A DNA stretch of 64,000 bases from Myxococcota bacterium (GCA_036338695.1 JAYZBQ010000048.1:382951-446950); one strand, 5' to 3'. Shown: positions 1-10,320, numbered from the stretch's first letter. The notes: generated from the letters alone by a model not told the origin. Made by a program: numbers and translations.

Positions 1-1
1 G

Positions 2-388
2 GTGGGTCTGAGCTACGGGACGTGGCTGCGTCGTACGCAGGCTGGGCTCGAGCCGGCGGTCATCGCTTCGGTCGATTGGGACCCGGCTCAAGGGGGCAAT
101 GGGCGCTGGCGAACCGGTCTGCTGGTGACGCCGATCGATGGCCTGAAAGCAGCATGGGATCACCGCTTCGACGGCAGTAATTTGTATGCGCTCGCCTACC
201 GGATCGGGCGCGTTGAGCTGCAAACCAGCGGCGGTTTTCTCGGCGATTATTCCCTTGATCATTATGGCGTCGGTGTTCGTTTTTATGATCGGGAGGGCTG
301 GCTTGGCGCCAGCTGGTCGACGCAGAATTTGGTGCGGCACATCGCCCTTGAAGTGACGATTCCCATCGGTGCAAATCTTTCCCGCTAG
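2..388 (+). CDS. C-terminal part of a hypothetical protein, possibly a beta-barrel outer-membrane protein (truncated by window edge)
   Basis: Open frame from the window start; aromatic-rich alternating pattern suggests beta strands; stop overlaps the start of the next gene. Confidence 0.45.
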   Translation: MGLSYGTWLRRTQAGLEPAVIASVDWDPAQGGNGRWRTGLLVTPIDGLKAAWDHRFDGSNLYALAYRIGRVELQTSGGFLGDYSLDHYGVGVRFYDREGWLGASWSTQNLVRHIALEVTIPIGANLSR

Positions 389-1571
389 GCTTGAAAAGAT
401 CCGTCGTCCGGACGAGTCGATCGTGCATCTTGTGTTCCGTGGGGCGCAAGCTAAGCGGCACCTCACGTTTGTCCTTGCGCCCCCGATGACCGGTGTTTTT
501 ATGACGGCCGATGCGCCGCTATCGGGCGCAACGCCCCACCCCTCACAAGCCATGCTTCGGCGCGTAGACGCCTCGCAGTGTTTGGGCGTGCGGCGCGCGC
601 CTGGTCTGTGGGAGCTGGTCTTTGCGAGCGGTCAGGTCCTCAACATCAGCTTTCGCCGCAAGGCGCGCGGCGTCTGGTGGGCTGACGCGCCACGGCTCGC
701 CGGTGAGCTTGAGCTCAGCGCAGGGTCCATGGAGCCGGTCACCTGGCGCCAACTCGAGGCGCAGCGGCTCGCTGCGTGGGCCAGCCAGTGGCGTCACAAG
801 GAGCGGCTTCGGATCGAGCGTCAGCGCGCAAAATTGCTCGCCGCTCAAAGGGGTGAGAGCCCGGATCGCTTAAGGGATCTCGGGGCGCGTGCGAACGCCT
901 TGCGGCATGCGGTTCGGCGTGACGAGAAGCGTTGGTTGATCCCGAGCTACGACGGCAGCTCATCGGATGCGATCGAGGACGCCCAGGCGAGCGGTGTCTC
1001 CGAGCTTGTCGATCGTCTGTTTCATCGCGCACAGCGCGCTGAGCGCAGGCTACGCGAGACGACACGCCGCCTCGAGCTCCTAACGAGCGCCCTCGAAGGC
1101 CTTGATCAGGCCGAGCCGCCTCATCTGAATGCGCCGCGTAAAGCGCAGACGACCCTGAAGACACCGAGCGGTGTGAAACGGTTCGATTTGCTCGATGGTC
1201 ATACGCTCTGGGTGGGTCGTAACGCCCAAGCCAATCATCGGGTCACCTTCAAGCTCGCTCGAGGTCGAGACCTGTGGTTCCATCTGCGAGATGGGCCAGG
1301 GAGCCATGTTATCTTGACGCTCGAGCGCGGCGAAGCGCCCCACGATGACCTCGTCCTAGCAGGCGCAGCGCTTGCGCTTCATTACTCGAGCCTGCGCGGC
1401 GAGCGCGCCGAGGTACGTGTGGCGTATCGCCGGGACCTGGACCCGCTAGCAGGTCATCAGGGTAAGGTGCTCGTACGGCGCGAGCGCTCCGTGCTGATCG
1501 ACCCGAGCGATGCAGCGACTCGAGAGGTGCTCAGCCGTCTTGGGCTTGAGCTGACCTCGATGCGTCAATAG
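369..1571 (+). CDS. NFACT RNA-binding domain protein (RqcH/FbpA-like, DUF814)
   Basis: C-terminal LWVGRNAQANHRVTFKLARGRDLWFHLRDGPGSHVIL is the NFACT-R signature; central coiled coil. Confidence 0.8.
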   Translation: MQIFPARLEKIRRPDESIVHLVFRGAQAKRHLTFVLAPPMTGVFMTADAPLSGATPHPSQAMLRRVDASQCLGVRRAPGLWELVFASGQVLNISFRRKARGVWWADAPRLAGELELSAGSMEPVTWRQLEAQRLAAWASQWRHKERLRIERQRAKLLAAQRGESPDRLRDLGARANALRHAVRRDEKRWLIPSYDGSSSDAIEDAQASGVSELVDRLFHRAQRAERRLRETTRRLELLTSALEGLDQAEPPHLNAPRKAQTTLKTPSGVKRFDLLDGHTLWVGRNAQANHRVTFKLARGRDLWFHLRDGPGSHVILTLERGEAPHDDLVLAGAALALHYSSLRGERAEVRVAYRRDLDPLAGHQGKVLVRRERSVLIDPSDAATREVLSRLGLELTSMRQ

Positions 1572-1948
1572 TCGCTGGCGGTGAGCGTCTCGGAGGCGCT
1601 GTGCTGGATGGCTGGTTCGCTCGGCGATGTGTTTAACATGTGCACGACGCCATCGAGGATGACGCCTTTGGCGACCTGGAGCGATCCTGCATAGAGTTCG
1701 CCAACGAGTCGACCCGCTTGCAGCTCGGCGCTCTCGCGCACATGCACTTGACCTTCTAAGTTGCCGTTGAGCACCAGCGTCCCCACCTGGACGTTACCGT
1801 AGACGACGGCGCCTTCTCCGATGATCAGCCGGTCGTTGCTGACGATCTCGCCGCGGAATCGACCATCGATCCGGACGTCGCCTTCAAATTCGAGTTTGCC
1901 CTCAAAGCTTGCGTCGGGACCGAGGAGGGTGTGCGTGATTTGTGTCAT
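1565..1948 (-). CDS. Bactofilin (polymer-forming cytoskeletal protein, BacM/CcmA-like)
   Basis: TLLGPDASFEGKLEFEGDVRIDGRFRGEI...LIIGEGAVVYGNV beta-helix repeats typical of bactofilins. Confidence 0.92.
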   Translation of the reverse strand: MTQITHTLLGPDASFEGKLEFEGDVRIDGRFRGEIVSNDRLIIGEGAVVYGNVQVGTLVLNGNLEGQVHVRESAELQAGRLVGELYAGSLQVAKGVILDGVVHMLNTSPSEPAIQHSASETLTASDY

Positions 1949-1975
1949 GAAGGAGTCCTTTAATTGGGTTGGCTC

Positions 1976-2860
1976 TTAGTTGCCGCGCACCATGCGCGTG
2001 AGCCGAGAAAGAAAGAGGCGCGCCTCGTCGCGATTTTTTGCGCGAAGCGTGATGGTTCGACCGCTCAGATTGACGTCTAAGCCGATTGCTGATGACAACG
2101 CTGAGAAGGTCTCGTCAGATTCATTGGTTTTCGTCTTCGTCGAATCTGAGCGCTTTTTGGGCGCTGCGCTCTGATTTTTCACGAAGTGTTCGGTGGCGCG
2201 GACGCTCCATCCTTCTTTGACGCACCGCGTCAAGGCTTGCGCTTGCGACTGAGGGTCGTTGATGCCGAGCAGTGCGCGCGCGTGACCTTTATCAATAAGA
2301 CCTTTTGCGAGGGCTTCGCGCGTCGCGTCGCCGAGGGTGAGTAGGCGCAACGAGTTGGCGATGGTGGCGCGTCGCTTTCCGACGAGCTGAGCGATGCGGT
2401 CCTGAGTGAGCTGATGATCATCGCGCAGCCGCTGATAAGCTTGCGCCTCTTCGAGTGCGCTTAGATCTTCGCGCTGGAGGTTCTCGACTAAGGCGAGGAT
2501 GAGGTTGCTCTGGTCGTGTGCGCGCCGGATCAACGCAGGGATACGCTCCCACCCGAGCTGGCGAGCCGCTCGGTACCGCCGCTCGCCAGCGATAATCTGA
2601 TAGGTCGAGGGTGCAGTCTGGTGAACGACGATCGGCTCGAGCAGACCGTGGGTCTCAAGCGAGGCGGCGAGCTGCGTGATGTCTTGATCTACGAAGATTC
2701 GCCGTGGCTGCTCAGGGTCTGGTTCGATCGAGCTCAGCGCCAGCTCAGCGAAGGTGCCGGATGATGAGGTGAGCGGTCGAGCCGAGTCAGACTCAGGCGC
2801 TGCGTTGGGTCGATCGCCCATCAGGGCGCTGAAGCCCTTGCCCAATCGAGATGAGCTCAT
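1976..2860 (-). CDS. parB: Chromosome partitioning protein ParB/Spo0J
   Basis: N-terminal LGKGFSAL ParA-binding motif, PEQPRR, IIAGERRYRAA, ENLQREDLS, HTH; start placed at ATG 2860. Confidence 0.95.
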   Translation of the reverse strand: MSSSRLGKGFSALMGDRPNAAPESDSARPLTSSSGTFAELALSSIEPDPEQPRRIFVDQDITQLAASLETHGLLEPIVVHQTAPSTYQIIAGERRYRAARQLGWERIPALIRRAHDQSNLILALVENLQREDLSALEEAQAYQRLRDDHQLTQDRIAQLVGKRRATIANSLRLLTLGDATREALAKGLIDKGHARALLGINDPQSQAQALTRCVKEGWSVRATEHFVKNQSAAPKKRSDSTKTKTNESDETFSALSSAIGLDVNLSGRTITLRAKNRDEARLFLSRLTRMVRGN

Positions 2861-3617
2861 GGGAATTCCTTTCAATGAGTTCAGCGGCGAGCTGGAGGTA
2901 AGCCTGCGCACCTGCGCTCTTGATCGCGTAGAGCAGCGCGGGTTTACCGTAGCTCGGCGCCTCGGCCAATCGGATGTTGCGCGGGATCTCGGTCGTAAAG
3001 ACCTTATCGCCGAAGTAATTGCGAATATCCGAGCAGACTTGCTCAGCCAGACGCGTGCGTCGATCGACCATGGTCAGGAGGATGCCAGCGAGTTCACACG
3101 GCGCATGAAAGCCGCTGCGAACCTGGTCCATGGTCTCAAGCAGGTGGCTCAGACCCTCCATCGCGTAGAACTCGGCCTGCAGCGGGACGATGATCTGATC
3201 ACAAGCGATGAGCGCATTGAGCGTGAGCAAGCCGAGGCTGGGCGGTGAGTCGATGATGATCTCATCGTAGTGACACCGCAGCGGCTCGAGGAGAAGCCGG
3301 AGGCGGTCGTGTCGGCTGGGCGTGTGGACGAGTTCAACCCCTGCGCCGATGAGGTCTTGGCCAGCCGGAAGGACGTGAAGGTGGGGCATCTGCGTGGTCA
3401 GGATGACATCCTCGACCGCCAGCTCCCCCATCAACGCATGATAAATCTGTGGGTCGCCGATCCGCTGCGCCAGACCGAAGGCGGAGCTTGCGTTTCCCTG
3501 CGGGTCGAAATCGACCAACAGAACCTTCCGCTCCGCAGCTGCCAGCGAGGCAGCGAGGTTGACTGCGGTGGTCGTCTTGCCGACGCCCCCTTTTTGGTTT
3601 GCGACCGTTAGAATCAT
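2793..3617 (-). CDS. parA: Chromosome partitioning ATPase ParA/Soj
   Basis: NQKGGVGKTTT deviant Walker A, DFDPQGNAS, IIIDSPPSLG, IPRNIRLAEAPSYG. Confidence 0.96.
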   Translation of the reverse strand: MILTVANQKGGVGKTTTAVNLAASLAAAERKVLLVDFDPQGNASSAFGLAQRIGDPQIYHALMGELAVEDVILTTQMPHLHVLPAGQDLIGAGVELVHTPSRHDRLRLLLEPLRCHYDEIIIDSPPSLGLLTLNALIACDQIIVPLQAEFYAMEGLSHLLETMDQVRSGFHAPCELAGILLTMVDRRTRLAEQVCSDIRNYFGDKVFTTEIPRNIRLAEAPSYGKPALLYAIKSAGAQAYLQLAAELIERNSHELISIGQGLQRPDGRSTQRSA

Positions 3618-4213
3618 GACACCCGCTCCGGAAACAGCAGTTCGGTCTGCTCTCCAGCAAGAATAAGACCAGCGTCCACGGCTCCCCGCACGATTCGATA
3701 GCGCGCGCGCCCCTGCGAGGTGACCGACTCGCCGGTCATTTGCAGGCTACGGGGTGCGAGCGCGCCGACCGCATCGCAGAATTCGGCTGGCGGGAACACG
3801 GCGCGGCTGATGACGAAGTCAAAATGGTCCCAGTCGGGTTGCCAGCGGGCTTGGTTCACCGTGAGCGGGCAGACGAGCTTCTGCTGCGCAAAGCGGATCC
3901 AGGTGCACCTCTTTTGGCGTGGCTCAACCGCTTCGATTTTGAGATCAGGACGAATGACCGCCAGCGGCAGGGCGGGAATCCCTGCGCCGCTGCCGAGGTC
4001 TGCCACGTTGGCTCCGAGGGGAAGGAACCGCTCAAACGCAGTGGCCTCCCAGAGGAGATCGAGCAGCTGGTCTTCGCTTAGCTTTCGGCTCACGAGGTTG
4101 TGGGCTTTGTTCCACTGAGTCAGCAGCGCAGCGAGCGGCGCAAGCTGGGCGCGATGCTTCGGATCGAGTTGGAGCGGAGTCGGCGACGTCATGGGGCGCT
4201 CATGCACAGACAT
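3614..4213 (-). CDS. rsmG: 16S rRNA m7G527 methyltransferase RsmG/GidB
   Basis: WNKAHNLVS, DLGSGAGIPALPLA, SRAV motifs; canonical position upstream of parA. Confidence 0.9.
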   Translation of the reverse strand: MSVHERPMTSPTPLQLDPKHRAQLAPLAALLTQWNKAHNLVSRKLSEDQLLDLLWEATAFERFLPLGANVADLGSGAGIPALPLAVIRPDLKIEAVEPRQKRCTWIRFAQQKLVCPLTVNQARWQPDWDHFDFVISRAVFPPAEFCDAVGALAPRSLQMTGESVTSQGRARYRIVRGAVDAGLILAGEQTELLFPERVS

Positions 4214-4255
4214 CGGTTTGAGGACAAGCCTCTTTGCGAGGGGTGGGCGTGCGTA

Positions 4256-4271
4256 TGTTCCACGTGGAACA
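4256..4271. promoter_or_regulatory. parS centromere-like site
   Basis: Perfect 16-bp palindrome TGTTCCACGTGGAACA matching the bacterial parS consensus, intergenic upstream of rsmG-parA-parB. Confidence 0.93.
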
Positions 4272-4332
4272 GTTGATGAGCTGTTGAAAACTTGCTCGAG
4301 CCCGGCCCGGCCGGCCGATCGCTCTGTGGAAA

Positions 4333-4770
4333 CTAAGGCTTGTCGATAAAGAGGGTCATAGGCCCGTCGTTGCAGAGCGTGACCTTCATATCGGCGCCAA
4401 ACTCGCCGCTAAAGGTTGGGACGCCGAGGGCCGCACAAGCGGCGGTGAGCGCTTCGATCTGCTGCGCCGCAAGGGGTGGGTTGCTGGCGCGTTTAAAGCT
4501 AGGTCGCAGGCCCTTTTTCATGTCGGCGCTGAGCGTGAATTGCGAGACGAGCAGGAGGCTACCGCCTGTCTCAAGGAGGCTTTGGTTCATCTTCCCGGTC
4601 GCGTCAGAGAACACGCGTAGTCCGCAAAGGCGCTTTGCCCAGGCGGTGATATCGGGCGCCTCGTCGTCCATCGCACAGACGAAGACGACCAGACCCTCTG
4701 AGATGGCGTTGACGAGGCGACCATCGACCTCAACACGCCCTTGGCTCACCCGCTGGACGACCGCCCTCAT
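4333..4770 (-). CDS. dtd: D-aminoacyl-tRNA deacylase
   Basis: MRAVVQRV start, SQFTL motif, [14 protein letters not shown] motif. Confidence 0.95.
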   Translation of the reverse strand: MRAVVQRVSQGRVEVDGRLVNAISEGLVVFVCAMDDEAPDITAWAKRLCGLRVFSDATGKMNQSLLETGGSLLLVSQFTLSADMKKGLRPSFKRASNPPLAAQQIEALTAACAALGVPTFSGEFGADMKVTLCNDGPMTLFIDKP

Positions 4771-7139
4771 TGATTGATCTGAGCGCTCTCTTTGGGCTTG
4801 GCCGCGTCGAGGATCGTGGGCAGCGCGTCGTCATCGAAGGCGTGAGCGATGACCTCTGTCATGTGCTCAACAGGGTGGATCGTGAGCTCATCAAGAACCG
4901 CCTCAGGGATGTCCTTGAGGTCCTTTCTGTTCTGCTCCGGGATCAAGACCGTCTTGATGCCTGCCCGATGCGCTGCGAGCAGTTTTTCCTTGATGCCGCC
5001 GACCGGTAGGACGCGTCCGCGCAGCGAGATCTCACCGGTCATCGCGAGCCCAGCGTGCACCGGCACACCCCGTAAGAGCGAGACGATCGCGGTGAGCAGC
5101 GTGACACCCGCCGACGGGCCATCCTTCGGCGTAGCGCCCGCAGGAAAGTGGATGTGAAGGTCCGTGGCGTGAAGTAGGGGCTTCTCGGCCGTTTGATGAA
5201 GCCCGAGCGACACAGCGTGCGCGCGCACGTACGCCACCGCCGTCTCAGCGCTCTCCTTCATCACATCGCCCAAGCTGCCCGTTAGCTGGACCTTGCCTTT
5301 ACCAGGCATCGCGGTGGACTCGATGTACAGGATCTCACCGCCGACAGCGGTCCAGGCCAAGCCGATAGCGACCCCGGGCATGCTGTTTTGACCGCTGACC
5401 TCTGGAAGGAACTTTCTCGTACCCAGTAGATCGGTGAGGTCGCTGTCGTTAACCTCTAGCTTGTTGTTTTTCTTTACTTTTGAAACCGCTGATTTACGGC
5501 AGAGCGTCCCGATCTCGCGCTCGAGTTGGCGAACGCCCGCCTCTCGCGTGTAGCGCTCGATGACGCCGAGCAGAGCCTCTTCGCTGATGATGAGGTCGTC
5601 GTCTTCTAAGCCGTGCTCTTTGATCTGCCTTGGCAGCAGGTGCTGGCGAGCGATCGCCTGCTTCTCAAGAGCGGTGTACGAGCTCACCTCGATGATCTCG
5701 AGCCGGTCTTTAAGCGCCGGTGGGATCGAGCTCAGCGTGTTCGCTGTCCCCACGAACATCACAGCGCTTAGGTCCACCGGGACGTCTAGGTAATGATCCA
5801 CGAAGGCATCGTTTTGCTCTGGATCGAGCACCTCGAGGAGCGCGGCGCAGGGGTCGCCTCGATAGTCGGAGCTGAGCTTATCAAGCTCATCAAGGACGAT
5901 GACCGGGTTCATGCTGCCCGCTTGCCTGAGCGCTTTGATCAGGCGGCCCGGGAGCGCGCCGACGTAGGTCCTCCTGTGCCCGCGGATTTCGGCCTCGTCG
6001 CGCACGCCGCCGAGGCTGATGCGCACCATCTCTCGCCCCATCGCCTCGGCCATAGCTCGTGCGAGCGAGCTCTTACCCACGCCCGGGGGGCCGACCATGC
6101 ACAAGATCGGACCGCGCAGGTTTTGCTTGAGCTTGTGGACGGCGAGGAACTCGATCAAGCGGTCCTTGGGGCGGTCCATACCGTGGTGATCTCGGTCGAG
6201 CAGCGTCTTGGCGTCGTCGAGGTCGATCCGGTCTTCGGTGGTCTCGTTCCAGGGGATTGAATCCATCCACTCAAGGTAGGACCTCACCACGCTGTATTCA
6301 GCGCTTTGGCTCGGGATGGCGCGCAGGCGGTTTAGCTCGCGGGCAACCGCCTCGGCCGCCGCTTCGGGGAAGACGCCGTCGTGCAGCTTGACCTCGATCT
6401 GGTCCGCGAAGCTCTCGTCTGGGTCGTCGTCGCCGAGCTCTTCACGGATGGCGCGCATTTTGTGCCTGAGGTACTGTTCGCGCTGATGACGGCTGCGCTC
6501 TTCGTCGAGGTTTTGCTGGATGCGTGAGCTGACCTTGAGCTCTTCACATTGCTCGCTGAGCAGCTTGAGCACCAACTCAAGACGCTGCGCCACGTCTGCG
6601 GTCGCTAAGACCTCCTGCCGGGGCTCGAGCCCAATCTCTAAGTGTGCGGCGATGACGTCCGCAAGGCGGCTCGGGCTACGGATGCCCTCGAGCACCGTGC
6701 GGGCGCGCTCAGGCAGGTCGGGGCGAAGGGCAACGTATTCCAGGCTCTGCTCGCGCACGGTCGCAACCAGCGCTTCAAGCCGATCAGGGTCTTCTTCAGG
6801 CGAGGGCATGTCTTCCACCTCGGCGCGTAAAAACGCTCCGCTCTCATCCAGAGACTGAAGCCGAAAGCGCGCCAGCCCTTTGACCATCACCTGGAAGCGG
6901 TCGGTGTTGGTCTGCATCACGGAGATAATGGAGGCGTAGGTGCCCACCTCGAAGAGGTCCTCGCGGGTGGGGGATTCGACGGTCGCGTCGCGCTGGGACA
7001 GCACCCCGAGCTCCACCGTGCCCTCTTGGACCGCGTTGATCAGCGCAACGGACGCCGGGCGCCCCACCGTCAATTGCAGCACGGCGCCTGGGAAAAAGAC
7101 GTCGTTACGCAGGGGCAAGAGCCCGAGTTCCTTGATCAC
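4767..7139 (-). CDS. lon: ATP-dependent protease La (Lon), paralogue 1
   Basis: LON N-domain, GPPGVGKS Walker [22 protein letters not shown] catalytic Ser, GGIKEK Lys. Confidence 0.96.
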   Translation of the reverse strand: MIKELGLLPLRNDVFFPGAVLQLTVGRPASVALINAVQEGTVELGVLSQRDATVESPTREDLFEVGTYASIISVMQTNTDRFQVMVKGLARFRLQSLDESGAFLRAEVEDMPSPEEDPDRLEALVATVREQSLEYVALRPDLPERARTVLEGIRSPSRLADVIAAHLEIGLEPRQEVLATADVAQRLELVLKLLSEQCEELKVSSRIQQNLDEERSRHQREQYLRHKMRAIREELGDDDPDESFADQIEVKLHDGVFPEAAAEAVARELNRLRAIPSQSAEYSVVRSYLEWMDSIPWNETTEDRIDLDDAKTLLDRDHHGMDRPKDRLIEFLAVHKLKQNLRGPILCMVGPPGVGKSSLARAMAEAMGREMVRISLGGVRDEAEIRGHRRTYVGALPGRLIKALRQAGSMNPVIVLDELDKLSSDYRGDPCAALLEVLDPEQNDAFVDHYLDVPVDLSAVMFVGTANTLSSIPPALKDRLEIIEVSSYTALEKQAIARQHLLPRQIKEHGLEDDDLIISEEALLGVIERYTREAGVRQLEREIGTLCRKSAVSKVKKNNKLEVNDSDLTDLLGTRKFLPEVSGQNSMPGVAIGLAWTAVGGEILYIESTAMPGKGKVQLTGSLGDVMKESAETAVAYVRAHAVSLGLHQTAEKPLLHATDLHIHFPAGATPKDGPSAGVTLLTAIVSLLRGVPVHAGLAMTGEISLRGRVLPVGGIKEKLLAAHRAGIKTVLIPEQNRKDLKDIPEAVLDELTIHPVEHMTEVIAHAFDDDALPTILDAAKPKESAQINQ

Positions 7140-8584
7140 TTCATCGCCTCCTCAACGAATCCTGACACCGATCCGCCATTGTGCAAGCGCGCTTGCACGG
7201 CGCTGACGAGGCGACCGGCGAAAAGAGCACCTGGGCGGTGGTTGCCCGAGTCTCGCCAACCCCCAAAGGGTAGGTGGCCTGTCGCTCCCGCCGTCCCGCG
7301 GTTCCAGTTGACCACACCACAGCGTAGTCGAGAAGCCAAGTCATCGAACCGCTTTTGGTCGCCGCAGAAGATCGCTCCCGCGAGCCCGTATTCGAGCGCG
7401 TTCATGTGGGCGAGCCCTTGCTCTTCATCATCGACGGGGATCAGAACCAGATCCGGTCCGAAATGTTCTTGGGTAAAATAGTCATGTTGACGCCAGCTGC
7501 CGGTGCGCAAAGCTGGGGTGAGAAAGGCGCCTGCGCCGCCTAGGTCGCGCCCCTCATATAAGGTCTCAACACCGGCTGATCGCGCCTGCTCGTTGAGCGC
7601 AAGCAGCCGCGCTTTCGCTCGCTGGTCGATGATCGGCCCCATAAAGACATGGTCGTTGAGCGGGTGACCTACAGGTAATTTCGGGACCGCCTTTTTGAGC
7701 AGCGACGCGAGCTCGTCGAGGCGCGATCGGTGCACATAGGCTTGGCTCGTCGCGGTGCAGCGCTGACCGCAGGTAATGAACGCGGCGTTGAGCAGCTCTT
7801 TGGCGGTCAGCTCGAGGTCGGCGTCTTGGCCAACGAGCGCTGCATTCTTTCCACCCATCTCGAGGCTGACGAGTTTGGAAGGGGTCTGGTGTGTCGCTGC
7901 CAAGATCATTTTGCCGACGCGCGTCGAGCCGGTGAACAAGACGCCGTCGACGCGCGGGTCGGTCGTGAGCTGCTGGCCGGCGCGCGCGTCGCCTTGGACC
8001 ATGTTGAAGACCCCAGGCGGCAGCTCGGCTGCGGCCATGGCCTCGCTGTAGAGCGCCGCCACACCTGCTCCCTTTTCGCTGGGCTTGAGGATCACCGTGT
8101 TTCCGAGGAGGAGGGCGGGTAAGATCTGACCGTTGGCGAGGTGCGCGGGAAAGTTAAAGGGACCGAGCACCGAGACCACACCGAGCGGAAGGTAGCGACC
8201 GCAGCCGCGGTTCTCGGGCAGGTCCCAGTCCGCTACATCTTGCGCGATCAGACCGCAGGTCAGGTCGATGCGAGGGGCGAGGCCGCCCGCTTCCGTGCGC
8301 GCCTCCCAAAGCGGTTTGCCTACCTCGCGCGCGATCGCTTCGGCGATCGCATCCTCTCGGCGCGCAAACTCCACTTGAATTCGCCGAAGCGCCGTTTCTC
8401 GATCCGCCCGCGACAAAGCGGCCCAAGCGGGCGCTGCCGCACGTGCCGCCGCGATCGCTTGGTCGGCGTGGTCGTCACCGAAAACGGTGGAGAAGACGCA
8501 GCGGTCATCGATGGGGCTGATGACCTCGAGGCGGTTGGACCCGCTGGTGACCCAGCGGCCGTTGATGAAGCTTCCTTGGTGCAT
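7136..8584 (-). CDS. astD: Succinylglutamate-semialdehyde dehydrogenase (aldehyde dehydrogenase family)
   Basis: [43 protein letters not shown]...PFGG..SGNHRP typical of AstD; adjacent to astA. Confidence 0.85.
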   Translation of the reverse strand: MHQGSFINGRWVTSGSNRLEVISPIDDRCVFSTVFGDDHADQAIAAARAAAPAWAALSRADRETALRRIQVEFARREDAIAEAIAREVGKPLWEARTEAGGLAPRIDLTCGLIAQDVADWDLPENRGCGRYLPLGVVSVLGPFNFPAHLANGQILPALLLGNTVILKPSEKGAGVAALYSEAMAAAELPPGVFNMVQGDARAGQQLTTDPRVDGVLFTGSTRVGKMILAATHQTPSKLVSLEMGGKNAALVGQDADLELTAKELLNAAFITCGQRCTATSQAYVHRSRLDELASLLKKAVPKLPVGHPLNDHVFMGPIIDQRAKARLLALNEQARSAGVETLYEGRDLGGAGAFLTPALRTGSWRQHDYFTQEHFGPDLVLIPVDDEEQGLAHMNALEYGLAGAIFCGDQKRFDDLASRLRCGVVNWNRGTAGATGHLPFGGWRDSGNHRPGALFAGRLVSAVQARLHNGGSVSGFVEEAMK

Positions 8585-8640
8585 CGCGCGCTCCTTGCGG
8601 CGGCACTATGGTCAGGCTCACCCGTTCCGACAACCCTGCG

Positions 8641-9651
8641 TCAGGTGGGCGAGGTGCCGAGCGGCGTGACGAGGAGCTCGCCCCCCTTGGAAACACCGAG
8701 GCGTTCAAGCGTGTTGGCGCTCAAATAGACCTGCATCCCTTGGCAGGTGACGCTGGCCAAGCAACACCGAAACCCGCGCGCATCGTCGGTCGGGACACCG
8801 ACGATGGCGCGCTCGGTGCCGTCGCCGACGCGCGCTCGCAAGGAGCGCGTCGTTGCGACCGCTGTGACCTCATCGGTCACGGCGCGGTAGTGCGGCCCGC
8901 CGTCAAATGGGTCGATGCGCCGAGTGTAGTAAAATCCCTGCTCTTGGAGCAGGCGCAAGGCGCCTTGCGTCTCGTCGCCCACGGTCTCGATCACGGCTTG
9001 CGTCTTCGGGCTGAACAAGCTCACGTGGAGATCGCTGCGGGGGAACAGGTCTTCGATGAACTCTTTTTCTTGCCCGCTGAGGTGATCCGCCTCGCGATAG
9101 GTCAAGCCCGTGAAGCGCTGACCTAGAGCATTCCAGAGCGGCGAGTTGCCGTCCGCGTCAAAGGGGGGGAGCAGCTCAGCGAGGATGTGATCGCAGAAGC
9201 GGTCCCGGTACGCTGCGATGAACTGAAAGCGACACAGGCTCAGGAAGCGACCGAGACCTTGGCCGCGCAGCGCAGGGTCGAGCACCAAGCCACCGATCTC
9301 GGTGCGTGGGATGAAGCTGGTGCCGAGGCGTAGGACCTTATGTTGAAACACCTGATCGAGCCGAGGTGAGTAGCGCTCCTCGTCGATCACATCGAAGAAG
9401 CAGTGCGGCGCTTGGGGGGAGCCGTGACGCGCGATGATCGTCGCCGAGCCTCTCAGCGCGCCGGACGCATCCTCGAGCACGAAGATCATCGCCTCATCGG
9501 GTTGATCCGACCCTGCCAATTGGCGCTCGCTGTCGATCAGCATCGCCTCGAGCCGTGCGTTATCCGCAGGCAGATTGACGGTGTCGAGGTGCTGAGCGAG
9601 TTGATAGAGTTGGTCTCGGTCTGACCGTTTGGCGCAGCGGATCATGTTCAT
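8641..9651 (-). CDS. astA: Arginine N-succinyltransferase
   Basis: TEIGGLVL, LSLCRF, LAEL, GNSPLWNALG..FTGLTY.EAD, IDPFDGGP motifs of the AstA family. Confidence 0.88.
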   Translation of the reverse strand: MNMIRCAKRSDRDQLYQLAQHLDTVNLPADNARLEAMLIDSERQLAGSDQPDEAMIFVLEDASGALRGSATIIARHGSPQAPHCFFDVIDEERYSPRLDQVFQHKVLRLGTSFIPRTEIGGLVLDPALRGQGLGRFLSLCRFQFIAAYRDRFCDHILAELLPPFDADGNSPLWNALGQRFTGLTYREADHLSGQEKEFIEDLFPRSDLHVSLFSPKTQAVIETVGDETQGALRLLQEQGFYYTRRIDPFDGGPHYRAVTDEVTAVATTRSLRARVGDGTERAIVGVPTDDARGFRCCLASVTCQGMQVYLSANTLERLGVSKGGELLVTPLGTSPT

Positions 9652-10190
9652 GAGTCGACACCGGTTAAGGGCATGGTCTCGTGGGCTGCCGGGCGCAGGG
9701 GCTGGGTGACAGCAGCCCCTGAAGGCTGATCATCGGCGACCACGGCGGCGGCTGACTCAAGCGGCTGCGTGAGCCGGGCGAGGAGGTCTCGAGCGACGAA
9801 GCGAAGGCGCAGCGCAAGCTCATGATCGACGTGCTGGCTCGCCTCCAAGTCGATCTCAGCGACTAAGTTTTGGAAGTACCGCTCGGCGCCTTGGGGGTCA
9901 TCGAGGACAAAGGTTCGCTGCGCCGCGCTGCCGTCAACCCAGGCGTCGCACATCCAGAAGAGCAGGTAGCGTAGCGCCCCCTCACCGACGGGTTTGGCGC
10001 CGCCGGGAAGGCGTGGGCGTTGCCCACCATCAAGCTGAGTCGCAACCGACTCCTCACGCGGGATCAGATATTTTTTGCCTTGGCGAATGGCGCGCAGCCG
10101 CCCTTCGTTGATCCAGCGCCGAATGGTGCGCTCCGTGACGCGCGCCTCGAGCGCATACTCACGGACGGTGAGGAGTTTTCTTTCGGTCAT
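9648..10190 (-). CDS. Excisionase/MerR-like helix-turn-helix DNA-binding protein with unknown C-terminal domain
   Basis: LLTVREYALEARVTERTIRRWINEGRLRAIRQGKKYLIP is an HTH_17-type domain; stop overlaps astA start. Confidence 0.8.
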   Translation of the reverse strand: MTERKLLTVREYALEARVTERTIRRWINEGRLRAIRQGKKYLIPREESVATQLDGGQRPRLPGGAKPVGEGALRYLLFWMCDAWVDGSAAQRTFVLDDPQGAERYFQNLVAEIDLEASQHVDHELALRLRFVARDLLARLTQPLESAAAVVADDQPSGAAVTQPLRPAAHETMPLTGVDS

Positions 10191-10320
10191 TATGTATTTT
10201 TCCGGACATTATCGGTGTCTATTACGGTAAGTTAAACCCGCTTACCGGTAAAGGGTCTCTTGACCGATGATCGGATCAATCGACCTTGTTCGATGGCGCA
10301 TTGCGACGTACGAGTTGAGC

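Noticed and set aside
9648..10190. Excisionase-like gene as a marker of a prophage or ICE
   Set aside because: No integrase, att repeats or phage genes; translationally coupled to astA
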